Shown one piece after another: positions 47,096-55,301 of a stretch of DNA of 64,000 bases. Positions within the stretch are counted from its first letter, which is position 1. Each line of letters opens with the position of its first letter. Source of the DNA: Gemmatimonadota bacterium (lineage in GTDB: Bacteria > Gemmatimonadota > Gemmatimonadetes > Gemmatimonadales > GWC2-71-9); contig QHUS01000046.1 of assembly GCA_003222035.1 (NCBI GenBank), positions 4,299-68,298 on the forward strand, written 5' to 3'. The notes under the pieces are model-generated. The model worked only from the letters and a program-made list of their open reading frames with translations, was not told the origin of the DNA and did no database searches. The position numbers were made by a program, and so were the translations under genes.

Positions 47096-47714
47096 AGCGG
47101 TTCGCCAGCGCGAAGCTCAGCGTCTCGAGCTCCAACGCCATGTTCACCGACTTGACGACCACGTCGGCGGGGACCGCGAGCTGGACGGGCGCGAAGTTGA
47201 GAATCGCCTTCACCCCGGCGTGCACCAGGCGGTCGACCACCTCCTGGGCGGACTCCGCCGGGGTCACCACGATCGCGATGTCGCTCGGCTCCTTGCCGAG
47301 GTCGCCGTCGAGGTGCCGGATGTCACGCACCACGAGCCCATTCCAGCGCGAGCCGATTTTCTTGGGGTCCTTGTCGTAGATGGCCGCGACGTGGAAGCCG
47401 CGTTGCCGAAACCCCGGGTACTGGACCAGCGCGCTGCCGATCCGCCCCGCGCCGACGAGGACGACGCGGTAGGTGCGGCGCAGCCCCAGGATATCGCGGA
47501 TCCGGGCCGTGAGCTCCGAGACGGAGTAGCCGAGGCCGCGTTTGCCGAACGAGCCGAAGAACGAGAGGTCTTTGCGAACCTGAGCGGACGTGGTGCCGCC
47601 GCGCCGGGCCAACTCGGCCGAGGAGATGGTCGTCTGGCCCTGCGCAGCGAAGTGTTCGAGGAACCGGAGATAAAGGGAGAGCCGTCGCACCGTGCTCTCG
47701 GAGATCTTCCGCAT
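47094..47714 (-). CDS. rex: redox-sensing transcriptional repressor Rex
   Basis: RRLSLYLRFLEHF...SSAELARRGGTTSAQVRKDLSFFGSFGKRGLGY winged helix, plus the Rossmann motif VVLVGAGRIGSAL. Confidence 0.9.
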   Translation of the reverse strand: MRKISESTVRRLSLYLRFLEHFAAQGQTTISSAELARRGGTTSAQVRKDLSFFGSFGKRGLGYSVSELTARIRDILGLRRTYRVVLVGAGRIGSALVQYPGFRQRGFHVAAIYDKDPKKIGSRWNGLVVRDIRHLDGDLGKEPSDIAIVVTPAESAQEVVDRLVHAGVKAILNFAPVQLAVPADVVVKSVNMALELETLSFALANR

Positions 47715-47731
47715 TGTGAATTATTTCACAA
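47714..47731. promoter_or_regulatory. Rex operator (ROP), a perfect palindrome TTGTGAA-TTAT-TTCACAA
   Basis: Exact match to the TTGTGAAnnnnTTCACAA Rex consensus. It spans from the rex ATG (47712-47714) to beyond the ksgA TGA (47726-47728). Confidence 0.8.
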
Positions 47732-48550
47732 TCGTGCGCTCCAACGCAAGAGTCGGGCGAAGATTTCCGGCGCCAACGTCTCGGGACGCGCCGCGGGATC
47801 GAGCCCGAGCGCCCCGAGTCCTTCCTCGACCTGTGCGGCCGGGCGCCCTGTCGCACCCAGCAGCACGTTGCGCAGCTGTTTGCGGCGGCGCGCGAAGCAG
47901 GCGGTGACGAACCGGCGAAACGCCGCGAGCTCGGCGACCGCGACGAGCGGATGGGCGAGCGGCGTGAGACGGAGCAGCGCGCTCGCGACGTTGGGGCGTG
48001 GCGTGAACGCGCCGGCGCGAACCGGGAACAGTTTCTCCACGCGACACACGGCTTGCACACCGACCGAGGGTGCGCCGTACGTCTTCGAGCCCGGCCGCGC
48101 CGCGATGCGATCGGCCACTTCGGCCTGGACGAGAAACACGATGCACGCCGGGAGCGGCGGCGTGAGGGCTTTGTCGATCAGCGGGGAGGTGATGGCGTAG
48201 GGGATGTTGCCGATCACCTTCAATTGCGGATTGGCGATTGCGGATTGCGGATTGGCAAGGCAAGCTACGGCCAGCGCATGCCAGTCCTGCTTGAGGGCGT
48301 CCCCCGCCACGACGTCCACATTGCCCAATCCCCCATCCGCAATCCGCAATCCGCAATCATGAGCCAGCCGGCGGTCCCGTTCGATGGCGATTACGTAACG
48401 TACGCGAGGGGCGAGGACGGCCGTCAGGCTCCCCTCCCCCGCCCCGATCTCGACCACGACGTCCCCGGGCGTCGGATCGAGGGCGTCGACGATGCGCTGC
48501 AGGATGTTCCGGTCGGTGAGGAAGTGCTGGCCGAGGGGGGGACGGGTCAC
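47726..48550 (-). CDS. rsmA: 16S rRNA (adenine1518/1519-N6)-dimethyltransferase
   Basis: LGQHFL, VVEIGAGEGSLT and IGNIPYAITSP motifs. GTGA overlap with the upstream stop. Contains two in-frame heptamer arrays (see the repeat feature). Confidence 0.9.
   Translation of the reverse strand: MTRPPLGQHFLTDRNILQRIVDALDPTPGDVVVEIGAGEGSLTAVLAPRVRYVIAIERDRRLAHDCGLRIADGGLGNVDVVAGDALKQDWHALAVACLANPQSAIANPQLKVIGNIPYAITSPLIDKALTPPLPACIVFLVQAEVADRIAARPGSKTYGAPSVGVQAVCRVEKLFPVRAGAFTPRPNVASALLRLTPLAHPLVAVAELAAFRRFVTACFARRRKQLRNVLLGATGRPAAQVEEGLGALGLDPAARPETLAPEIFARLLRWSARL
48224..48356. repeat. pair of inverted 5x7-nt arrays (TTGCGGA / TCCGCAA) inside the ksgA coding sequence
   Basis: 48224-48258 is TTGCGGA TTGGCGA TTGCGGA TTGCGGA TTGGCAA. 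48322-48356 is TGCCCAA TCCCCCA TCCGCAA TCCGCAA TCCGCAA. They are 29/35 complementary with a 63-nt spacer. Both are in frame (peptides LANPQSAIANPQ and DCGLRIADGGL). Confidence 0.9.
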
Positions 48551-50082
48551 ACCTTGAGAATGACGACGGTGCGGTCGTCCGCGGGCGGCGCGCCACCAGT
48601 AAAGCCGGCCAGGTCGGCGTGCACCGCTTCGAGGATCTCCCGCGCCGGCCGGTCTTTCATCCGAGCCACGTGGCCCAGGACGCGGTCTTCGCCGAACCGC
48701 TCCTCGTGGACGCCGAGCGCCTCGGCGACGCCGTCGGTGAAGAGACAGATGATCGCCTCCCGCTGCGCCCAGGTGAGGACGGCATCTTGCCCCGGCGCGG
48801 TGGCGAGCCCGAGCGGCGGGCGCGTGGCCTCGAGGCGGACGGCCCGCCCGGTGCGGGTCGAAACGAGGAACGCATGGGGATGGCCCGCGTTGGCGAATAC
48901 GATGCGCCCGACCTTCGGGTCCACCACGGCATAGAACACGGTGAGAAACATCTCGGTGCTGGCGAGCTCATCGGCGAGCGATTCTTCGAGCCGGCGCAAT
49001 ACCTCCGTGGGCGCGTCCGCGGATTCGGCGTGGATACCGGACGCGGCCATCACGAGCGCCATGATCAAGGCGGCGCCGAAGCCGTGACTCGTCACGTCGC
49101 CGATCATCACGCCGACGCGGTCGGCGCTGAGGTTGAGCAGGTTATAGAAGTCTCCCCCCACCGACTCGGCCTGGCGGCAGCGCGCGGCCACGTCGACGCG
49201 CGCCGCCACCACGAGAGGCGAGGGGAGCAGCTTGAGCTGGAGATCGCGCGCCAGCTCGAGCTCGCGTAGCACGCGTTGCTGCCCGAGGTCGCGCGCCACG
49301 AGCCGCGCGTTCTCGATCGCCGCGCCGATCTGATTGGCGATGGCCGCCACGAGCTTCCGGTCGCCGGCGGTGAACGCATCCTGCCCCAGCCGGTCGGTCA
49401 GGTTGATCACACCGATCGGCTTGCCGCGCGCGCCCGGCGCGGCATAGAGCACCGGAACGGAGAGGAACGCCTGGCCACGGTAGTTCCGGCCTTCCGAACA
49501 ACCGGGGCTCGCCGCCTGGGAGTCGGTCGGGTCGTAGCTGATGATGCGCATCTCGCGGAACACTCGCGCGGCGACCGAGCAGGGGTCGTCCACCTCGACC
49601 GGCTCGACGTCCTGCAGGTCCACGCCCAGGGCGGCCACGATACGCAGGATCCGGTGCTCGGCATCGTGCACCAGGAGCGTGGCGCGCCGGGCGCCCACCA
49701 CCGTCGACACCTCGCGCAGGATTCGCCCGGCCGCCTCGTCCAGGCGAATCGTGTGGCCGAGGATCTCGCTGATGGTATAGATCAGGTCGATCTCCTCGTA
49801 GCGCTCGGACAGCTCGGCAGCGACCTGCGCGGCATCGCGCTCGGCGGAGAGCACGGACCCGACGATCTGGGCGAGCTCCTGAACCACTCCCGGACCTGCC
49901 CCCGGGGTCGGCGGCTTGCTGATTGTCCCGTTCGCGATCTCCAGCGACCACCCGTCCACCTCGGGGATCGGCACCAGCCGTGCCGCCGGGTCGGGGGCGT
50001 CGGTTGCCCCGGCCTCGCGGAGGCGCAGCCGCGCCCCGGCGAGCCGCTCGAGCAGCGGGAGCAGCCGCTCGATGCGGGTCAT
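48547..50082 (-). CDS. GAF-domain PP2C (SpoIIE/RsbU-type) serine phosphatase
   Basis: ORF trimmed to ATG 50080-50082 (ATGA overlap). C-terminal half has GGDFY...GDVTSHG...FTDGV...DDRTVVILKV. The middle region is GAF-like. Confidence 0.85.
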   Translation of the reverse strand: MTRIERLLPLLERLAGARLRLREAGATDAPDPAARLVPIPEVDGWSLEIANGTISKPPTPGAGPGVVQELAQIVGSVLSAERDAAQVAAELSERYEEIDLIYTISEILGHTIRLDEAAGRILREVSTVVGARRATLLVHDAEHRILRIVAALGVDLQDVEPVEVDDPCSVAARVFREMRIISYDPTDSQAASPGCSEGRNYRGQAFLSVPVLYAAPGARGKPIGVINLTDRLGQDAFTAGDRKLVAAIANQIGAAIENARLVARDLGQQRVLRELELARDLQLKLLPSPLVVAARVDVAARCRQAESVGGDFYNLLNLSADRVGVMIGDVTSHGFGAALIMALVMAASGIHAESADAPTEVLRRLEESLADELASTEMFLTVFYAVVDPKVGRIVFANAGHPHAFLVSTRTGRAVRLEATRPPLGLATAPGQDAVLTWAQREAIICLFTDGVAEALGVHEERFGEDRVLGHVARMKDRPAREILEAVHADLAGFTGGAPPADDRTVVILKV

Positions 50083-50528
50083 CCCGCCCGAAGCGTCAGG
50101 CACACCGAGTTGCCCTTTTCGTTGAACGCGACCTGGTCCACGAGATGCCGCAGCACAAACAGCCCACGACCGTCCTCGCACTCGAGGCGGTCCGGGCGCG
50201 TCGGGTCGGGGACGTCCGCGGGATTGAAACCGTTCCCCTCGTCGGTCACGTGCAGTCGAACGGCGTCGCGTCCGACTTCGACGCGGATCTGGACAAGGCG
50301 GTCGGGGTCGTGGCGGTTACCGTACGCGATCGCGTTGGCGAGGGCCTCCGCGAGCGCCGTGCGGAAGTTGAATTGGATGCGCCGGGCCGACAGGGGACCG
50401 CCCGGCAGCTCGACTGCGATCAGCTCCACCGCCGGGCCGACATATTCGAGTGCGCTCGGCACCGCGAGCGACAACTCCGTCTCCCCTCCCGCCGGCCGGC
50501 GGACCTGGAGGCGCAGCGCGGTGGTCAC
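50079..50528 (-). CDS. anti-sigma regulatory factor (RsbW/SpoIIAB-like serine kinase)
   Basis: ORF 50079..51125 trimmed to GTG 50526-50528, 2 nt after the STAS stop. HATPase_c motifs NAIAYGN, DEGNGF and DGRGLF. Confidence 0.75.
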   Translation of the reverse strand: MTTALRLQVRRPAGGETELSLAVPSALEYVGPAVELIAVELPGGPLSARRIQFNFRTALAEALANAIAYGNRHDPDRLVQIRVEVGRDAVRLHVTDEGNGFNPADVPDPTRPDRLECEDGRGLFVLRHLVDQVAFNEKGNSVCLTLRAG

Positions 50529-50530
50529 GG

Positions 50531-50866
50531 CTAGAAAGCGGTGAGCGCCTCCTCGGGCGTTCGCGTGATCGCGAAGAGCGTGTCCAGCTTGGTCAGCTCG
50601 AACAGCGTTTGCAGGTCTTCGTTCAAGCCACAGAGCCGCAAGTCGCCGCCCTGCTCGCGGATCTTCTTCGAAAGGGACACCAGCACGCCGAGACCGGACG
50701 AGTCGATATACCCGGTCTTCGTGAAGTCGATCACGAACTTCTTGCCGCCGCCGTCGACGGCGTCGAGCACTTTCTGCTTGAGCTCCTGACGGTTGCCCAC
50801 GATCAGCTGCCCGTCCACGCCGACCACCACCACGCCGTGTTTGTCCTTCTTGACACTGAAGCTCAT
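50531..50866 (-). CDS. STAS-domain anti-sigma-factor antagonist (RsbV/SpoIIAA-like)
   Basis: 111 aa. GYIDSSGLGVL carries the phosphorylatable Ser. ATGA overlap with the pta stop. Confidence 0.85.
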   Translation of the reverse strand: MSFSVKKDKHGVVVVGVDGQLIVGNRQELKQKVLDAVDGGGKKFVIDFTKTGYIDSSGLGVLVSLSKKIREQGGDLRLCGLNEDLQTLFELTKLDTLFAITRTPEEALTAF

Positions 50867-51780
50867 GACCGCTCCCCCGCTTGAAGGACGGCAACCGCCG
50901 CCGTGTCCACAATATCATCGGGCGTCGCGCCCCGCGACAAGTCGGCAATCGGTCGCGCCAGTCCCTGGAGGATCGGACCGATCGCCTCCCACCCACCAAG
51001 GCGTTGCACCAGTTTGTATCCGATGTTGCCACTGTCAAGATCGGGAAACACGAGCACGTTGGCGCGTCCCGCGACGCGCGACGCCGGCGCCTTCCGCGTT
51101 GCCACCGCCGGCGCGAGGGCTGCATCGGTCTGCAGCTCGCCGTCGAACGCGAAATCGGGCCGCCGCGCGGCCAGCCGCTCCAGGCCCAGTCGCACGCGCT
51201 CCACCCGGGGACCGCTCGCGCTCCCCTTCGTGCTGTAGGAAAGGAGCGCGACGACCGGCTCGTCCCTCACGATCAGCCGCCGATCGCGCGCCGCCGCGAT
51301 GGCCGCATCGGCGAGCTGGTCGGGGCTTGGCTCCGGCACGACCGCGCAGTCGGTGAACGTGAGCACCGCGCCGTCCCGTACCATGTAGAACGCGCCGCTC
51401 ACGGTCGTCACCCCGGGCGCGGTGCCCACGGTCCACAGCGCCGCGCGGATGGTGTCGCCGCTCGGGAACGTGGCTCCACCCACCATGACGTCGGCGCGCC
51501 CGAGCGCAACCAGCGCCGCTCCGAACGTGAGGGGATGCGACAGGGCTTCCGAGGCCGCCGCCTCGGTCGCGAATCGGGCCGGGTGGCGCGTACGGACCAG
51601 GCGAATCATTTCGGGGAGCAGGGAACGAGGGGCGGTACCTTCCAACAGCTGCACCTTCCCGAGCCCCAGGCTCTCGATCCGGTTCGCGGCTTCGCACACG
51701 CGCGCGTCGGTGCCTTCGGGGAGCACGATCCGGCGGCCGGCGCGGCGGGCCCGTTCGTACACCGCGTCGCGGAACGTCAC
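50863..51780 (-). CDS. pta: phosphate acetyl/butyryl-transferase (short form)
   Basis: RIVLPEGTDARV...N-terminus and ...NVLVFPDLDSGNIGYKLVQRLGG... motif. GTGA overlap with coaD. Confidence 0.8.
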   Translation of the reverse strand: MTFRDAVYERARRAGRRIVLPEGTDARVCEAANRIESLGLGKVQLLEGTAPRSLLPEMIRLVRTRHPARFATEAAASEALSHPLTFGAALVALGRADVMVGGATFPSGDTIRAALWTVGTAPGVTTVSGAFYMVRDGAVLTFTDCAVVPEPSPDQLADAAIAAARDRRLIVRDEPVVALLSYSTKGSASGPRVERVRLGLERLAARRPDFAFDGELQTDAALAPAVATRKAPASRVAGRANVLVFPDLDSGNIGYKLVQRLGGWEAIGPILQGLARPIADLSRGATPDDIVDTAAVAVLQAGERS

Positions 51781-52256
51781 TTGCCGAATTTCGTTTGAAG
51801 CGCCTTCCGGACCGCGGGATGCACGAGCCGCGACACGTCGCCGCCGAAGCGCGCGACTTCACGCACCAGGCTCGAGCTCAGGTAGGTGAGGTCGAACGCC
51901 GGCACGAGAAACACCGTCTCGACGCCAGGAGCGAGGTTCCGGTTCATGAGCGCCATTTGAAACTCGTACTCGAAGTCGCTCACCGCCCGCAGGCCCCGGA
52001 CGATGAGCGTCGCGCCCGCCGCGCGGGCGAAGTCGGCGAGCAGGCCGTCGAACGAGCGGATCTCGATACCCGGGTCCTCCACCGCCTGCCGGATGAGGGC
52101 CACCCGCTCGTCGAGCGTGAACAGGGGCTGTTTGCCGACGTTCACGGCCACCGCCACGATCACGCGGTCGCTGAAGGCGCGCGCCCGGCGGATGAGATCC
52201 TCGTGGCCGCGCGTGATCGGATCGAAAGAGCCGGGATAGATCGCGACGCGGGTCAC
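51777..52256 (-). CDS. coaD: phosphopantetheine adenylyltransferase
   Basis: IYPGSFDPITRGHEDL...RGLRAVSDFEYE motifs. Confidence 0.9.
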   Translation of the reverse strand: MTRVAIYPGSFDPITRGHEDLIRRARAFSDRVIVAVAVNVGKQPLFTLDERVALIRQAVEDPGIEIRSFDGLLADFARAAGATLIVRGLRAVSDFEYEFQMALMNRNLAPGVETVFLVPAFDLTYLSSSLVREVARFGGDVSRLVHPAVRKALQTKFGK

Positions 52257-52777
52257 GGCGCGTAGATGAAGGTCACGGCGGTATCCCCGTAGCGCCGTGT
52301 GTCGTCACCCGGAATCGGCTGGTCGGCCGGGTGCTCGATCGAGACGATGCGCGCAAACGGGTTCACCCGGAACATCGCGACGAGGCGCGCGGCATGCCCG
52401 CTCGCGTACGGCGGGTCGGCGAAGGCGACGTCGTACTGGCCGGGGTGCAGCTGTTCCGCGAACCGGACGGCGTCCACGCGATGCACGGCGGTGCGGTCCT
52501 CGACCTTGAGCGTGGTGATGTTGGCCTTGAGGGTGGCCAGCGCGGATCGGTGGGTCTCCACGAAGTCGGCGGACAGGGCCCCGCGGGACAGCGCCTCGAG
52601 CCCGAGCGCTCCCGAGCCCGCGAACAGGTCCAGGACGCGGGCGCCGCGCACCGGGCGTTGCAGGATCGAAAACCACGCTTCGCGCACGCGGTCGCCGGTG
52701 GGGCGAACCGCATCCCCGGCGGGCGTCTTCAGGCGGCGACCCTTGAACTCGCCGGCGATTATCCGAACGAAACCCAA
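52253..52777 (-). CDS. rsmD: 16S rRNA (guanine966-N2)-methyltransferase
   Basis: ORF 52253..53452 trimmed to TTG 52775-52777 (..FVRIIAGEFKGRRL...DLFAGSGALGLEALSRGA...DPPY). The upstream part of the ORF reads through the repeat element and recJ. Confidence 0.8.
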   Translation of the reverse strand: MGFVRIIAGEFKGRRLKTPAGDAVRPTGDRVREAWFSILQRPVRGARVLDLFAGSGALGLEALSRGALSADFVETHRSALATLKANITTLKVEDRTAVHRVDAVRFAEQLHPGQYDVAFADPPYASGHAARLVAMFRVNPFARIVSIEHPADQPIPGDDTRRYGDTAVTFIYAP

Positions 52778-52795
52778 CCCCGCCCCCTTCCCAGC

Positions 52796-52895
52796 GCGGA
52801 AGTCGGAACGCGGAACGCGGAACAGAAATGGGAGGTCGCTCGGCGCGCGACGCCGGTTTCGATGTTCCGCGTTTCGCCTTCCGCGTTCCGCGTTC
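52796..52895. repeat. heptamer-armed inverted-repeat element, copy B (same family as 46944..47095)
   Basis: GCGGAAG TCGGAAC GCGGAAC GCGGAAC, a 40-nt loop, then GTTCCGC GTTTCGC CTTCCGC GTTCCGC GTTC. The arms are 24/28 complementary. The loop shares AGGTCGCTCGGC with copy A. The element ends inside the recJ TGA. Confidence 0.9.
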
Positions 52896-54600
52896 ACACA
52901 CTCGGCGCCATCGCCGCCACCCGTGCCTGCAGCGTCTCGCGTCCCTGCCATTCGTCGCGCTCTAGACGGAACGCCACATCCAGCCGATCGGCGAGCCAGT
53001 GGTCGGGCACGGCATCGGCCACCTGGAACGCGATCGCGGGGAGCGCGCCCGACTCGTCGTCGAGGGTGAAGCGCAGGTGATTGGTTCCCACGCGGCGGGC
53101 GCCCACCGCGCGCGCGTGCCGCACGCCGAACACCGGCGCCGGGTTCCCCGGACCGCACGGCTCCAGGTAGCGGATCAGCTTCTCCAGCTCCTCGCTGACG
53201 AGCCCCAGGGGCAGCTCCAAGTCCACCCGTTGAGCGGGGACCAGGTCGTCGGGGTCCAGAAGGTCGCGTGCCACCGCGAGAAACGCAACACGGAAGGCGT
53301 CGTAATGCTCTCGCCGGATGGTGAGGCCCGCCGCCATCGTATGCCCACCGTATTTCTCCAGGTGATGCCCAACGCGCTGCAGGGCGGCGTGCAGGTCGAA
53401 CCCCGCCACGCTCCGGCCGGAGCCACGTCCCACATCGCTCCCCTCGTCCCACCCGATCAAGAAGGTCGGCCGCCCGTACCGCTCGACGAGCCGGGATGCC
53501 ACGATCCCGATGACGCCCGGGTGCCAGGCGTCGGCGGCGAGGACCAACGCATGGTCCTCGGGTCGCAGGACTCGTTCGGCCAGCTCGACGGCCTCGTCGA
53601 GGATGCGCTGATCGAGCTCCTGACGGCGCGCATTCAGGGTCTCGAGCTCGCGTGCGATGGCGGCCGCCACGTCGGGATCGTCCGAAAGCAGCAGCCGCAG
53701 CCCGTCCATCGCGTCGCCGATCCGTCCCGCCGCGTTGAGGCGAGGCGCCAAGATGAAGCCGACGTGTCCCGCCTTGATCGGTTTGCCCCCGAGTCCCGCG
53801 GTGTCCACCAGCGCCCGCACGCCCGTCCAGTGCGAGGCCGCCAGCAGCTTGAGGCCGTGCCGTACCAGGATGCGGTTTTCACCGGTGAGGGGCACCACGT
53901 CGGCGACCGTGGCCAGCGCCACCAGGTCGAGGAAATGGAGCGGGAGGTGGGGTGACACGCCGAGCGCCGGCACCAGCGCTTGCGCCAGCTTGAAGGCAAC
54001 GCCGGTGCCGCAGAGATCCTTGTCCACGGACGGGCAGTCGGCGCGCCGCGGGTCGAGCACGGCCGACGCCGGGGGCAGCGCGTCGCCGGGAAGATGGTGG
54101 TCGGTGACGATGACCTCGATGCCGGCCGCGCGAGCGGCGCGGACCGCGTCGATCGCGGTGATACCGCAGTCGCAGGTGATGATCAGGCCGGCGCCCACCC
54201 GCTGGGCCTCCTTCAGTCCCGCGGGCCCGAAGTCGTACCCGTCCCGCAGGCGGTGCGGAACGAACGCGTGGGCGCGCCCGCCCACACTCGAGAGCACCCG
54301 GGTGAGCAGCGCGGACGCGCACTGGCCATCGACGTCGTAATCGCCGTGCACCAGGATCGGCACGCTCCCCCGGACGGCCGCGGCGATCAGGTCGACGGCC
54401 CGCGGCATGTCGGCCCACGCGCCGGGGTCGGACAGGCGCTCCAGGTCGGGCCGGAGGAACGCCTTGGCGTGCTCGGGCGCGCCCAGGCCGCGCTGGACGA
54501 GGATGGCGGCGAGCGGTTCGGGGATGTGGAGGTCTGAGGCCAGGGCCGCGGTGAGCCCGGGATCGGCAGGCGGGGCGACCGACCAGCGGGCGCTAATCAT
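52894..54600 (-). CDS. recJ: single-stranded-DNA-specific exonuclease RecJ
   Basis: ORF trimmed to ATG 54598-54600 (ATGA overlap). VHGDYDVDGQ, ITCDCG, VTDHH and YGGHTMAAG motifs. Confidence 0.9.
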   Translation of the reverse strand: MISARWSVAPPADPGLTAALASDLHIPEPLAAILVQRGLGAPEHAKAFLRPDLERLSDPGAWADMPRAVDLIAAAVRGSVPILVHGDYDVDGQCASALLTRVLSSVGGRAHAFVPHRLRDGYDFGPAGLKEAQRVGAGLIITCDCGITAIDAVRAARAAGIEVIVTDHHLPGDALPPASAVLDPRRADCPSVDKDLCGTGVAFKLAQALVPALGVSPHLPLHFLDLVALATVADVVPLTGENRILVRHGLKLLAASHWTGVRALVDTAGLGGKPIKAGHVGFILAPRLNAAGRIGDAMDGLRLLLSDDPDVAAAIARELETLNARRQELDQRILDEAVELAERVLRPEDHALVLAADAWHPGVIGIVASRLVERYGRPTFLIGWDEGSDVGRGSGRSVAGFDLHAALQRVGHHLEKYGGHTMAAGLTIRREHYDAFRVAFLAVARDLLDPDDLVPAQRVDLELPLGLVSEELEKLIRYLEPCGPGNPAPVFGVRHARAVGARRVGTNHLRFTLDDESGALPAIAFQVADAVPDHWLADRLDVAFRLERDEWQGRETLQARVAAMAPSV

Positions 54601-55301
54601 TCGCCGGCGTACAGCAAGACGCCGCAGGCCTCGCAGCCTTCGATCGAGGCGCCCCGCTGAATCAGGGCCCGCCGCTGGGTGGGGACGGCCGTGAAGCAGT
54701 GACCGCAGGCGTCGCCATGCAGGGGGTACAGGGCCAGCGGCGCTTTGCCACGGCGGATGCGCTCGTAGCGTGCCAACAGCGAGGCGCCCACGTTCGCCGT
54801 CGCGCGCTCGCGCTCCGCGAACGCCTGCTCTCGCTGGGCCACAATCGTCTCCCGCTTCCCGGCCAATGCCTCGCGCTGCGGCGCCTGCCGCGCCCGCACC
54901 TCGGCGAGGCCCTTCTCGGCCTCGGCGGCCTTCCGCTCCGCTTCCGCCACGGCATCGCCCGAGCGCATGAACTCCGCCTCCTCTTTGGCGAGCACCGAGC
55001 GCGCCAGGTCCAGCTCGGCCATGAGCGTCGACGCCTCCTTGGCACCGCGCACCCACTCGAGACGCTGGCGGCGCTGCTCCTGCATCGTGCGATAGTTAGC
55101 GATCTTGCCCTCCAGCGCGTCCCGACGGTCGATGGCCGCCTGGATCGCCGCCTGCGCCGTGGCGAGCGCGCTCTCCGCCGTCGCCTGTGCCGCGTCCAGC
55201 GTCGCGAGCTCGGGGGCGAGCGCCGCGAGCGCTTCGTCCGTCGCGGTCACCGCCTGATCTTTCTCCTGCAGGATCAACAACGCCTCAAGGTCCGGGTGCA
55301 C
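54597..55301 (-). CDS. coiled-coil zinc-ribbon protein (COG1579/DUF164-like)
   Basis: ORF trimmed to GTG 55299-55301, directly after GGAGGAGAG. Long coiled coil, then CGHCFTAV...CEACGVLLY. Confidence 0.7.
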   Translation of the reverse strand: MHPDLEALLILQEKDQAVTATDEALAALAPELATLDAAQATAESALATAQAAIQAAIDRRDALEGKIANYRTMQEQRRQRLEWVRGAKEASTLMAELDLARSVLAKEEAEFMRSGDAVAEAERKAAEAEKGLAEVRARQAPQREALAGKRETIVAQREQAFAERERATANVGASLLARYERIRRGKAPLALYPLHGDACGHCFTAVPTQRRALIQRGASIEGCEACGVLLYAGE

